From Macrostomum lignano (Eukaryota): 64,000 bases of DNA. A program made the position numbers and the translations under genes. Below the pieces are notes generated by a model. That model did not search any database and was not told where the DNA came from. It saw nothing but the letters and a program-made list of their open reading frames with translations. Location of the stretch: positions 248,001-312,000 of the forward strand of contig NIVC01001200.1 of assembly GCA_002269645.1 (NCBI GenBank), given 5' to 3'. Shown piece by piece: positions 25,802-37,788 of this stretch (position 1 is the first letter of the stretch; every line of letters begins with the position of its first letter).

Positions 25802-27872
25802 TCAGCACCGGGTCTCGTAAAGGCCGCTCTTGCCGATGTACCGAACCCACTTGATGACGTCATGATCCGAGTAGTTCAGCTTGGACTCGAACACCTTTAG
25901 GTAGCGGACCTTGAAGCCGGACGGAGCGAAGGGCACCTGGAGGAGGTAGGGGTTGTTAATTCGATGCTGTCATCAATACTCCAGCAAGAAATCAATCAAA
26001 ACTTACTACTCAACATTACTTAATAAGTAGCTGGAAAGGGTATTTTTGACACAAAACAATAAATTTCCAAAAAAGTTGCACTCAAGTTTTTTCTGCTTAT
26101 CAATACTAAATATTATAGGCGCTAAAGGACCCGGGTTCGATTCCGTGCGATGTGCATGAGAAGGTGTCTGCAAAAAGTATTGCTCAGGAGTCAGCGGTCC
26201 GCAACCCCCCTTCGGGTGTTTTTATCGTCAGCTCACCGGACCATTGGGACCTTCAATACGATGACAACTTTGAGACTCTAGTTAGCCAGTGTCAATTAAT
26301 TCGGTTCTAGAAATATAGAAAAAAATGAATTCCCAGACATTCACCTCGAAGTTCATGGAGATAGGCGGCCGAGTCCACTTCTTGGCCTTGTCAGTGGCGC
26401 TGAGCATGTCGATCTCCGCGCTCAGCTGCCACTCCTTCATGCCGCCCATTCGCTTGATCTTCCACACGATGGCGTTGTCGGAGGCCTTGTACCTGGCCTT
26501 GCCCTTCATGCAGATCACCTGCACTCCGCTGGTGTTCAGCGGGGTGGGGATTCGAACCTCCACCTTCTGGGCCAGCAGGGACGGCTTGAAGTTGCTCTTC
26601 ACCACCACCTTGACCTCCATCTTGGTGCGGCCGATCTCGCGCACTAGCGGGATGACCCGGAACGGCAGGCTGATGTCCTTGGTGGTCCGGTAGCGCATCA
26701 GCTCGAACTCGCCGTCCGGCGGGATGAACGAGATGGCGTGCTCGGTGTCGAACTTGCTGAGCTTCACGCACTGGTGGAACTGGCAGTCGTCAATGGCGAT
26801 GTGGCCGGCCTTGCCGCCGCCGCCGAGGTTGCCGCCGCCGGAAGTCGCGCCCGGCTCCTGCCGCTTGCTGTCCACCACAATCTTGTCGTTGATGCCGAAC
26901 TTGCACTCGGGCATGCCGGACAGGAACGACTTCATCTGCACCCGGCCGGACACGTGGGCGGACAGCACCTGGCCTTGAGGCGACATCAGCAGGTTGACGG
27001 ACTCGATCACGTCGAGGAACAGCTCGTTGCGCCGGTACTTGATGCCCTCCCGGCGCCAGGCAATCTGTCCCGTGACCTGCGGTGGCGAATCGGCCAATTT
27101 TTATAAGTCAGTCTTGACGCTTAGCATCCAAGTGGTAGCAGTGCCTCAGCAACAGGATATCTTAGCAACAGACAGGGTGCCTAAGGAACGGGCAACTTCC
27201 CCTAGCAACAGACAGGGTGCCTAAGGAACGGGCAACTTCCCCTAGCAACAGACAGGGTGCCTAAGGAACGGGCAACTTCCCCTAGCAACAGACAGGGTGC
27301 CTAAGGAACGGGCAACTTTCCCTGACCCCTAGCAACAGACAGGGTGCCTAAGGAACGGGCAACTTCCCCTAGCAACAGACAGGAGACCTGACAGGCAAGG
27401 TCCCCAGAAAACATACCTGGTTAGTAATCTTGGTGGTCTCCTCCTTAGTCTGGGACTTGATTCCCTGCTGGGTGATGTAGGTCTTGAGAATGCCCGTGTC
27501 GGTGTTCTGCGGATAGCCGTAGTCCATGATCTCGTCAAGCAGCTCATAGATGAGCACAAAGTTATTCTTGATGTTGTCCTCGTTAATCTTGCCAAAGTAG
27601 TTGCCCATGACCTCCACCATCTTGTAAAGAAACTGGAACACCAGGGCGGCATTGACGTTCTTCTTGGCCGCGGCGCAGATCCAAATATTGGATCGCTTGA
27701 TGTGGAAGAAGCTGGTGTGCGCGATGTTGGTCACCGGCGAGCGCACCTGCTGCCTGGCGTGGATGACGTTGACTCGAAAAGCGTCCACGGCGTTGCGCCC
27801 GATGTCGTCTCGGTAGACGCGAGAGATCAGCACCTCGCCTTTGTGGTTGTACACAAATAGGCCGCCTATCAT
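25802..27872 (-). CDS. AP2M1: AP-2 complex subunit mu, 440 aa. Exons: 27872-27417, 27076-26345, 25936-25802
   Basis: [47 protein letters not shown]...; [23 protein letters not shown]...; [44 protein letters not shown]. Both introns are phase 0, GT-AG. Confidence 0.98.
27163..27383. repeat. Intronic 40-bp tandem repeat in AP2M1 intron 1
   Basis: TAGCAACAGACAGGGTGCCTAAGGAACGGGCAACTTCCCC, about 5.5 copies. Confidence 0.95.
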
Positions 27873-29840
27873 TGCTGCTGCTGCCAAGGGCTTGGAACCT
27901 TTAAATATCCGCAAAAAACTACGCGCGCTGGTTCAGGGTTCAGCTGAGGGCCACACAATGTCTAATCCTGTCTGACTTCAGGAGAACTGCAGGTTAGGTC
28001 AGGTCAGGTAGCCAGCAAGTGGTAACTCATTTAATATGAATTAACAATGTTAAAAGTGAAATCTTGGTTAAAACATTTTAATTTTATTTTAACATTATTG
28101 TTTTACTGTTCCAATACTTTGCTTACCAACTATGGTCACTTGAAATGATATGCTCAAACATTGGATTATGAATATTTAAAATTGATTAGATTGCATGTTT
28201 ACTCAATGCTCCATATTGTCATTCTCAATGCATTGACTCTAGTCCCTATCTGATAGGGATGTTGTAAGGATTATTTGATAAGGATAATATTGTGTTTAGG
28301 ATAGAGAGAGCCCAATTTATTTGTATCAATGCACTTATGAATACTTATTCTCTATTTCATCAATTTTCTCTGTTAACTGAGCAGTTTATTTCATTAGATA
28401 AATAAAATTTGACAATGAGGCCAATGAGGAAAAGTTAAAAGAGAAAATGCCTAAAGACAGCTGTCTCATTTCACTAAAGGCCAGAAACATTGTTGACAAG
28501 TTCACATCACAAACAACAAAATATTGTCTGCTAAAGGTACTGAGCTTAGATTAAGAGCTATTCTGGCAAATGTAAAACTGCAAGACAATACTCTGGATAA
28601 CCACTATAAGCAAGTTGAAGGTCATCAGGAATCTACCAGTACACATTCAAACTAAAAATGAATGGAAAAGCTTGCTTTAATTTGCTAATATAATGAATTA
28701 CTTTCTTCTTAATTTCTCTTTATATTATATATCAATATATCAATATATCATTGTATCTAATAAATTTTTACTCTGAAAAAAGTTAAAAGAATCTTAATAC
28801 ACTGAATATTCTGAAATAAAATCCATTTTTCCATTCTAAATTATCCAAATTCAAACTATTAGACTAATAGAACTTATTGGTACCATTATTTCTAAAGTAA
28901 TCCAATTATATTTACTGAAAGTTAATTCTTGTTGGATGGAAAATAATTTAAAAGTTTTTCTTTTAATAAGTGCCTAAAACTGATAATTTTTATTATTTGT
29001 AATTCAAAATAGTTCAGCTACAAAAACATAAAGCTAATTATTATAATTATTTTATTATATTCTTTTGGATTAGCAAAGCTTGATATTAGCTGAATATATA
29101 TATTAAAGTAATTTCATAATATAATTTACTTTAAAGAGAGAACTAAAATGCTTTTTAACCTTTTTCAAATAAAAAGAAAACAACTACTATGTAATAGACT
29201 CAAACTAGTATAGGAGACAAATATAAGATAGCCAAATTTGACCATCTGATTTTGTAGTTTCCAAAAACAAATTTGCATAGTCAGTCATATGTTTAATGCT
29301 TAGTCAGTGCTGATATACTATACATGTTCTTTGAAGTGGTGTCTATATTTTTGTTTTAATCTTACCTACTCCTTAATTGCTTTTTATTTATATATCAATC
29401 ATGGTAAAATAATGCATTTCTTCTAAATACTGAAGCTTTCTATATGTATAACAAACAGTATACTTTTTCCTATAGGGCTTGTATATTGCTTGCAATAATT
29501 GCAATTCAATGTTAAGCCAATTGCAAAAACTATAATTCACTTGCAATCTGCCATGCAATCTACTTACAAACAATTGTCAATATATGTGCAAGATCTATAT
29601 GCCACTTGCAATCAAGTCCCAATTATTGCAATTTCAGTTGCTTAGGATATCCCAGGCATCTGGATAAAAAGCCTCATGGATAACATGAGCTCTGTTTAAT
29701 TGGCCATAGAGCCCAACTCCATCTAGCTATTTGAGCCAGACTACCATGTTATACCACCACTATTACCTACAACTTGGACTAGCAAATTGAGCTATAGCTT
29801 AATTGGCACTTGGCTGCCAAATGCAAGCAATGACCTGGAG

Positions 29841-30134
29841 CATACATGCGCAACAGTCGGCTGAGTCGGCCGATCTGGCTGACCGATTTGGCGGCCAACC
29901 AAAGAAGTCGCAAAAATGCCCAACAAAAAAACCCAAGTAGTAGTACAAAGTAGCCGACGAGGCATTTTGGCTAAATAAAACAGTCATAGTTACTCCTGCC
30001 GTTTACCCAAAGTTGCGTTAATTTTGTTCTAGGGTTTTTTACATATAAGTCACATTTTTGGCCAAAAAGTACGTCACATTTTTGTTAAAACTAAGTCGCA
30101 TGGCCAACTGAAATTTGGGGGTTGCGCATGTATG
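29841..30134. mobile_element. hAT-type MITE, 294 bp, 8-bp TSD
   Basis: Perfect 14-bp TIR CATACATGCGCAAC / GTTGCGCATGTATG. TSD ACCTGGAG at 29833-29840 and 30135-30142. Confidence 0.9.
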
Positions 30135-30558
30135 ACCTGGAGACTGAACTATAGGACCAGACCTAGCAATTACCTGAGCTACTGCTGTGGGAAATCAATG
30201 AGAAATTAGCCCCAGCACTAGATACATTAGCAATTGCTAGAAATGGACCAGCCTAACCTACCACTACAAGCTAGCAATTGCCACTTTGGCAATTGAAATG
30301 GCCACCACTATAACTGCAATTTAGCTCTACAACAAGACTGAAGGTCAGCAGCTAGGGCTTTGTTATACCTTGGTGGCTCTGGCCATTGACCACTTAGCTA
30401 TCTAGCATAGAAGGCTACCCATTACCAGTAGAACAACTTTGCTACTGTGCTTATATTGCAAGCTTGGCTACAACTTTGGACCAGTCTCAAGTGGCCCTGC
30501 TTGACAATATTGCATGCAATATATGGCTGGCCAATTAAGAAAACCAAGCCCTAGTGCA

Positions 30559-30981
30559 CTATAGCAAATACCCATAACCCAGCAAAACATAAGTATGGAT
30601 TTTGACCACATTTTGGTGCTCCTTGACTGCCATATGGTGATCTAGCATAGCAACCCAGTTGGCCTCAGCAGAAGAGGTGTCACTAGCAGAAAGGGTGGCA
30701 CTTGACATGCCAGCAGATAGAACAGCAGTGCCAGCACTGGTGGCAGTCATGGCATTGTTATTGGCATCAGCTTCCTCCGATGTGCGTTGGCTGCCAAGGT
30801 CAGCTGACCCTGATGTCTCTCCAACATCAGCATGTAAGCAACTGCCTGTGTGCATTGACTCTGCAGCATTGAACTTTGGCAGTTGCTCATTGGCCAGGAC
30901 CTTTTCAAGCGCCATCTCTAGACACAAAAAATATCTGACCTGCTGTTGCAGTTCCTCCATCTGTGTGTTGATTTCTTGCAA
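30559..30981 (-). pseudogene. Isolated ORF fragment (coiled coil plus Ser/Ala linker), possibly a retroelement ORF1/gag relic
   Basis: QEINTQMEELQQQV...ANWVAML in otherwise AT-rich intergenic DNA; no splice partners or ORF2 found. Confidence 0.25.
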
Positions 30982-32944
30982 CTGGACTGTATGTCAGTCC
31001 AGCTCAGTCTCTGTATATATAGGTGAAAGGAATACATCAGGGGAGGGAGTAAAAAGTGTTGGCATAGTGGACACAATTACCTTGCACTGGCCAAGAGATA
31101 TAGCAGCAAGATGTTGCTACAGTTTGAAAGGTATAATACTGCAACGATGTGTTCACTTACTTCTGGCATCGGACAAGTCATAGAGGTAGGATGTATCAAG
31201 CTGCAGGCCACAGCATGACCTAACCTGCTTATACAATATCAATAGATAGTGACCCATTAAATATATATGCACCCTTTTTTATGTAGACTTGTAAAAACCT
31301 GAATTTTTTCAGACCATCACTGATGGGACAGCAAGCGTCACCAATGGGATAATGTTTAGAGTCACAAGTTTATATAACAACATGCACCTATACAGCTTAA
31401 GCTTATATATAAGCATCTTAACTACCTAGTTTTGCATTGATAAAGAAAAGAAAAATTAAGCAAGAAAACTATAAGAGTTATTTTTGGCAAGGAAAAAAAA
31501 TGCATCCCAGCTTATATTTTAGAACGTTTCTTGATTGCATTTCAAATGTATTTTGACCACATCATGCCATTTTGAATGTTTCTTGACCATATTTGACCAC
31601 ATTTTGATTATAAGTTGACCATTTTTGATTGCATTTATTTAACTGCAAAATGGGCAAGGTAGACTGTTTTTTTTACTTTCACAGCAAAATTTTTTGATGG
31701 GAAGGACTAAGAGATCCAATGTTCATTTTGTCAAAGCAGCACTCTTATGCCTATGGTAAAAGAGGCTACCATATTGATTTTTTTAGACTTGTAAAATAAA
31801 GACTCATCCCTTTGTCCCAAGACTGGCCCTGACTTTCAACCCTAAAGTGTTCCTTCATATCATTTTATAATTGTCCTATTTCCTGGGTTTAGTCTTTTTT
31901 CTTGTGGTTAGTACATCTTTTACTTTTTCTAGCCTTGTCTCTCCTTTGCTTGCTTTTTTACTTTATCTATGATTTAAATATATTTCATATATCTACCATT
32001 TGCTATTTTGTGTTTAACCATTTCATGTCCTCCCTTGCCCCTCGGCCAATGCTTGTCCTATTTTAACTAAAACCTACTGTCTAGGTTTGTCCATTGAATA
32101 TTTTCTGGTTTTTTAAATATACCCACTTTATACTGCTCTACATTAACTGTTTTTTTTCTTATTTTCTTACTTATTTTTTCTGAATATTCTAGATTATTTT
32201 GCATTTTTCTTATTTACTACCCATTTATTGCTTGAACCCCATGTAGATTAGCCTTTTTGCAATGCAGCTCCTTCATTTTATCATATGCAATCAATTCTAA
32301 GCTGAACTTGATCAATAAATAATGATTGTTCAAGTGCATTTATTCTTTGATAAGCCCAAAGCTTTATCTTAAATTGCCTATGGTTATGGGGAAAAATAAC
32401 CATATTTTCCAACTCTAAGTAAACTTTAAGAATTAGATATTCTGTAAATATTATATAAATTATAACTATAATTAGCAATATTATATTACTAATAATAAGC
32501 TTCAACATAAATCAATGCACATTAAAACCTTGGTATTAAAGGACTTTAATGGCTGTGCCTAATTACAACTAAGCCCTACATAACAATAGTCTTAGCTACC
32601 CTTCTTTGAAATTGAAAACCCATAGGCCCTAGCAGATAGAATAACCCTATAAACAAAATTCACAAGATTTCACCATGTGATATTTCTTCTAGCTTTAAAC
32701 ATAAAAACTCTAATTCAAATGGCAGTTGAACTTTTTAAATTTTGAGTTTGCCACAACATTTCAATTTTTTTGTTTTGCAACTACTCTCATCTTACAAATA
32801 ATCTTAGTTATTAGCCAATATAAGCTAGGCTATTTAGGTCTATGAATTATTAAGTTTAAAGATTAGGGTATATTAGCAATAGATATTATTTATTCATTGC
32901 TTAGTCTTATCAAAAAATAATTGACCACTAAGTTAAATGGCATA

Positions 32945-33240
32945 TGACAAGTGAGGTGGGGCGGAGGAGAATTTTTTTTGGAAGGGAGGGTGGTTTTGAA
33001 AATTTGCTGACACCAGTGAGGTGGGGCGGATTCCTCGTTTGAATTTCCGCCGAATGTTGCGTTCGCACGAATAAAACCGGAAAAATCGCGCAGATGAATC
33101 ACAACGGAATTTCTTCTCCTTTTCTCCGACTGCCGGGTTCTCAAGTCCGGGGGGAGGGTAGTCGTAATCGTAGCAGAGCGGTCGTTTAGCGGCTCGGGTC
33201 GTTCAAGGGATGAAACACCGGAGATTTCTGGCTCCGTAAA
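32945..33240 (+). promoter_or_regulatory. GC/CpG-rich island, candidate Dlg promoter or 5' UTR exon
   Basis: Two copies of AGTGAGGTGGGGCGGA (GC box) near 32950 and 33016, a CpG-rich patch in AT-rich DNA, and a donor-like CC|GTAAAT near 33235. Confidence 0.3.
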
Positions 33241-34209
33241 TTAATGCGTCGATGTGTTGAACTGGTTACTTTCAGTAGGGTAGTTGCTGCCACCACCGTA
33301 ATTTACGTATTACGGAACGGATAAGTCTCAGAGCTTTCTTTGAGATGAGAACTTGGTTATTTTACGCCCCACGGGCAAATGACTCAATAAATGCTATGGC
33401 TTATGTCAGCAGATTAAATATGATTCGGAATAATGGTTATGGGCTTAGTTTATTAATAAAACAATGCAGGCTTATGATTAGTGAATTTGGTTTTAGACGA
33501 CTGAGATGCTCACGGGCGCCGGTGCGCTAAATAAAACTTAAGAAACGAAAACTAGATTAAGGAAAATTAGGTGGTCGAAAACAAAAGGGGTAGGGTGGGG
33601 GAGAAAGGTGAAACGGTAGGGGGGGGGGGTTAAAGAAAACAACTCATGCGCAGTTTATAAATAAGAAGAGAATTACATATACAACAATTGGAAGTTAAGC
33701 TGGACAGGCCGTTGGAGCAAAATTTCAGTGCGCGGAAACATTGGGTGGACGGCTTGCCGCAAAGGAAAAGGGAGAAAAATTATAACAAAATCCACCGCAA
33801 GGGGGCGTGTTTTAACACCCAGTGGAAAATAAAAACAGTGGCTGGACGGCCACTTGACGGAAAAATGACGCGTTGGAAATTCAATAGATGGATAAAAAAA
33901 ATTAATGTTTCTTGGGCATGCAAACTAGCGTAATTGTGTGATTAAATGTTCCACAGTGGCACTCGACTGCCACACAAGTATGAAAACAGAAAAATAGAAG
34001 GAAATAGAATAAAAATAATTTGGCATTCCTTTGGTTTACAATCATTTTTTCACCCACATTTCGGTTCACGATCCCCATGTAATTTTTCATATAAATGATC
34101 ATAGCTTGCTTGAAATAAACAAAAATTGTTAAACTGAGCTTATTCGTTACATAAAAAAAAACTGAACGGAATAGCCGACAAATGGTTTCTTTCATGGCAT
34201 GGCAATGAC

Positions 34210-34768
34210 GAGGATCCTATATATCCACTTTGGTTTACGATCATTTAAACGGAAGCAATACATGTAAATGATTGTGAACCAAAGCTAGCGTATGTGTGTA
34301 AGGGGGTTTTGGTGTTTTACAAGCTCTATCTGAAATCGATCACTATTTCAATACATGGCTAGCTTTGGTTCACGATCATTTACATGTATTTTTTCCATTT
34401 AAATGATCGTGTACCGAAGCTGAAGGGGGGTGTCGAAGACATATGTAGTCATATATTTATTTGGTGGCTTGTTGGCGATTGAAATGTCATCTTGAGTTAA
34501 CGTGCGCTCCCAAGTAACTTGATGCTTTATTATTCTCTGCACGCTGCCACCCCCCCTCAGCTTTGGTTTACAATCATTTAGATGTAAGCAATACATGTCA
34601 ATGATCGTGAATCGAAGCTAGCCATGTATTGAGATAGTGATCGATTTCAGATAGAGCTTGTAAAACACCAAACCCCCCTTACACACATACGCTAGCTTCG
34701 GTACACGATCATTTACATGTATCTCTTCCATTTAAATGATCGTAAACTGAAGTGGATATAGGATCATC
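34210..34768. mobile_element. Foldback-like element with ~215-bp imperfect TIRs built from modular subrepeats
   Basis: 34210-34430 is the reverse complement of 34553-34768 at high identity. Arms contain TTTGGTTYACGATCATTTACATGT motifs in both orientations. No clear TSD. Confidence 0.8.
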
Positions 34769-35327
34769 TTTGGATTCTTGGAACTGTGAAATGGATCACT
34801 ATAACCCCTTTACCTTCTTGTTTCATTTGAACATGCAGCTAGTGTTATGATGGATAAATAAAAAGGATTGGAGTGCTTGTCTACACTGTTTTTTTTGCAT
34901 TTTGATGAAATAAACAACAATTTTGTATCTTCCCTATCTCTCCAATGGGGATCGTCACTAATTTCAATGATCGTAAACCGAAGGAATGCCAATAATTTTA
35001 TACTAAGTTTTTTACTACTAGTCTACTAGGGCCTCCAGTCGTCTTGTCGCTGGATTGACTGGAAGCCAGCCTAAAAGTCTAAAACATGCATGCCTATTCA
35101 ACTGTTTTAAGGCCTATTTGATTTCTATAAAGCTTTATATTTGACGACTGACATAAAAACGAGATAAAAGATTCATAAATAGTTTCTATTTATTTTATAA
35201 ACACTTCCAAACCAAAAAATGACGTATAAAAACAGATTCATACTATGTTTCTTTTTTAATAATAGCCAATAGGTCTACCCTTAGATTTATTGTGAATTTA
35301 TAAAAAAATGCTCCCTACACATCTACA

Positions 35328-35705
35328 GGGTCTCCCTAAAACACGCCCCGCACCGCCCTGCAGCGCTACACATTAAAACAAATTGGACTATAACTGAAGA
35401 CACTTCAAAATGCGTTTTCTGTTAAGCTTCAAAGTTTTTATTAAATTAAGTTTTTTACTATGAAATATAAAATTCGGTGAATAATAAGTGATATTATTAA
35501 TAATATTAATGAAAAATAATAATATAATTTAATAATGAAAACAAGAATATAAAAAATAATAACAATATTTATAATATTGTTTAAAGATATTTATTCCATT
35601 ACTTGTACAACAAATAGTTTTCTTTGCAATCAAATACTGCGTTGACAAAAAATGTTATAATGTGTAGCGGTTCGGGGCGGGGCGGTGCGTGTTTTAGGGA
35701 GACCC
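35328..35705. mobile_element. Mutator-type MITE, 378 bp, 9-bp TSD
   Basis: About 48-bp TIR starting GGGTCTCCCTAAAACACGC, AT-rich core, perfect TSD ACATCTACA at 35319-35327 and 35706-35714. Confidence 0.92.
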
Positions 35706-37788
35706 ACATCTACATACGTTTTTAAAAAGTTTTAATGGTAAAACTAATTAAATACGGCTTTTGCTAGTTTCACAAAGTTATTCTTTTAATTAAGTTTGCA
35801 ACACAGTAAATAAACTTTATTATTTTGTTTCTTAATCTTTAAAAGCTTTATTTTTGTACACGATGATTGTATTGAGCGCATTTTTAACATTTGTAAACTT
35901 CGCAACTTCCGTTTCCTGGAAGGGTTTTAAGCTAATGCGTTTAAGCTAGAATATGTTCGCGGTGTTGTAGGGAACACACGCGTCTTTATTTTTTGCATTT
36001 CTGTACTACTCATAACAATAAAATGCCCATTAATAAGCAGGGTAAGTTACTGTTCATGTAATTAATACTAATATGTGACATCTCACACCTGTAAATTGCT
36101 ACAAAAGTGTTGTTCATTTCATTCTTTTACTGAGGTGTCAAATAATATAAGATAGGAAGCTAGCTGAATAAATTAGGAGTTTGGAATATCATTCTACAAC
36201 ACTACTCAAAATGTGTTTTGTCTGTAGCTTTGAAGAAGTAACAAGTATTTGAATAATTGAATTAATTGATTTTGACTTTCTTAATCTAGATATACTAAAT
36301 CTCTAAGGTTTGTATGTCCATAACGCTCTAGAGATTGCAATTCTTGACCAATTGGAATACTATTTTTATTGTTTAATAGGTATTTTTTCATTAGACTAAA
36401 TGATTTTTGGATTGAGATCTGAATTAAGGTGTTTCATAATTTCATTTTTCATATTAGTCTTCATACTATAGTATGAAATACATCCAAACATATAATGTTT
36501 AAAATAGGCTAGGCCCAACACATTTTTTGTGAATTAAGATTTACACTATTAGATGTGTTGTTATATGAAAAGGAACTACTATTAATTTTAGGTAAAAATA
36601 AATAAAAATGCATATTTTAGTTAAAAATACATGCAACAAGGACACCTTGATATCTGAAATGTGTATGGTAAAATATTGTATTTATTATATGCTAGAGGCT
36701 TAAGTTCATCACTCGAACGATTCAGGCGTTATTGAATTACATTCTCAGTTTACTCTGCATGCTTTGCCATTGTCAATCCTGCATGCTGACTTGTCAAATG
36801 AGAATGCATGCAATTGAAATTTAGCATTTTTTCTCTGATTCAGTTATAGTGTCTGCTTGCTTTTTTGAGAATTCACTCAATAATCAAATTTACAAAAAAA
36901 AAATTCAAGCAAACAGAAAAATGATGATATTCACTGGCCAGTAATAAAACTAATTATAAATGCTGTAAAGTAACAAACGCTGTCAATTTGATTGACATTC
37001 TCTGCCACAGATTTATTCACTACACAGATTTTACTCGATTTCGCCTAAGTAAAAAAGTCGATCACTTGAAATTCTTGGGGCCTCTGGAACAGCCGAGTCC
37101 ATCATCATTGAGCATGCACCAGCTGCCAGCGTGACAGAAGCGATGCCGCCCCCTCCATTTCCGATGTTCTCCGCCTGAGCAGTCCCAAATTCAATGCAGT
37201 CTGGAGTAGTTTCCCGTCCCGGCGCCTTCCGCCCTCAGAACTCAGAGGAGGAGACGCAGCGGCTGTGGGGCAGGAAAGACAGGGGATAATCAATTTGATT
37301 GACTAAATGAGTGGTAGGGGAGAGGCGCAGACTCCATTCCCGAAGACTTGCTGGTTTGGGGACTTGGCCGCAACCAACTCATGCATGAGACTCATTGCAC
37401 CTCATTGCGCTTCGCTTCCTCTTTCATTCTTGCTAAAGAAAACTTTTCTGTCAACGAGGTTTCTGCCGGCTTCGCCCCTCCCAGTTCGCCCCGCTGCATC
37501 TGCTGACTAGCGGCTGTAATTCAAGTTAGGTTGAAAGAATGAACTTTTGCTGCACTGCACCCGAAATTTGTCTTATTAAATGGAATCTCACTAAATTCAC
37601 GTTTAAAACACTGAAGTTTCATAGAAACTTGAATTATTACATGTCTGCTGCTCTGGACAGTGAAATTATATCGTTAAAAAAAACCAACCTTCTTAGAAAC
37701 CCGACCTTTCTGTAGCAAAAATCAATGAAGCAGATTTGATATCCGGATCTACTTTAATCTTTAGGATCTCAGTTCAAGGCAACGCCGT

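Noticed and set aside
26120-26150. B-box-like GGTTCGATTCC in AP2M1 intron 2 (a similar motif lies near 48415)
   Set aside because: No A-box or cloverleaf could be built. At most a degenerate SINE fragment, not a tRNA gene.
28243-28259. Palindrome TCCCTATC-T-GATAGGGA resembling tetO
   Set aside because: The spacer is 2 nt shorter than tetO, there is no vector context, and it is a single occurrence; probably chance or a transposon footprint.
29473-30553. Possible outer TAGGGCTTG...CAAGCCCTA element around the 294-bp MITE
   Set aside because: Only 9 bp of inverted match and the flanks do not form a TSD.
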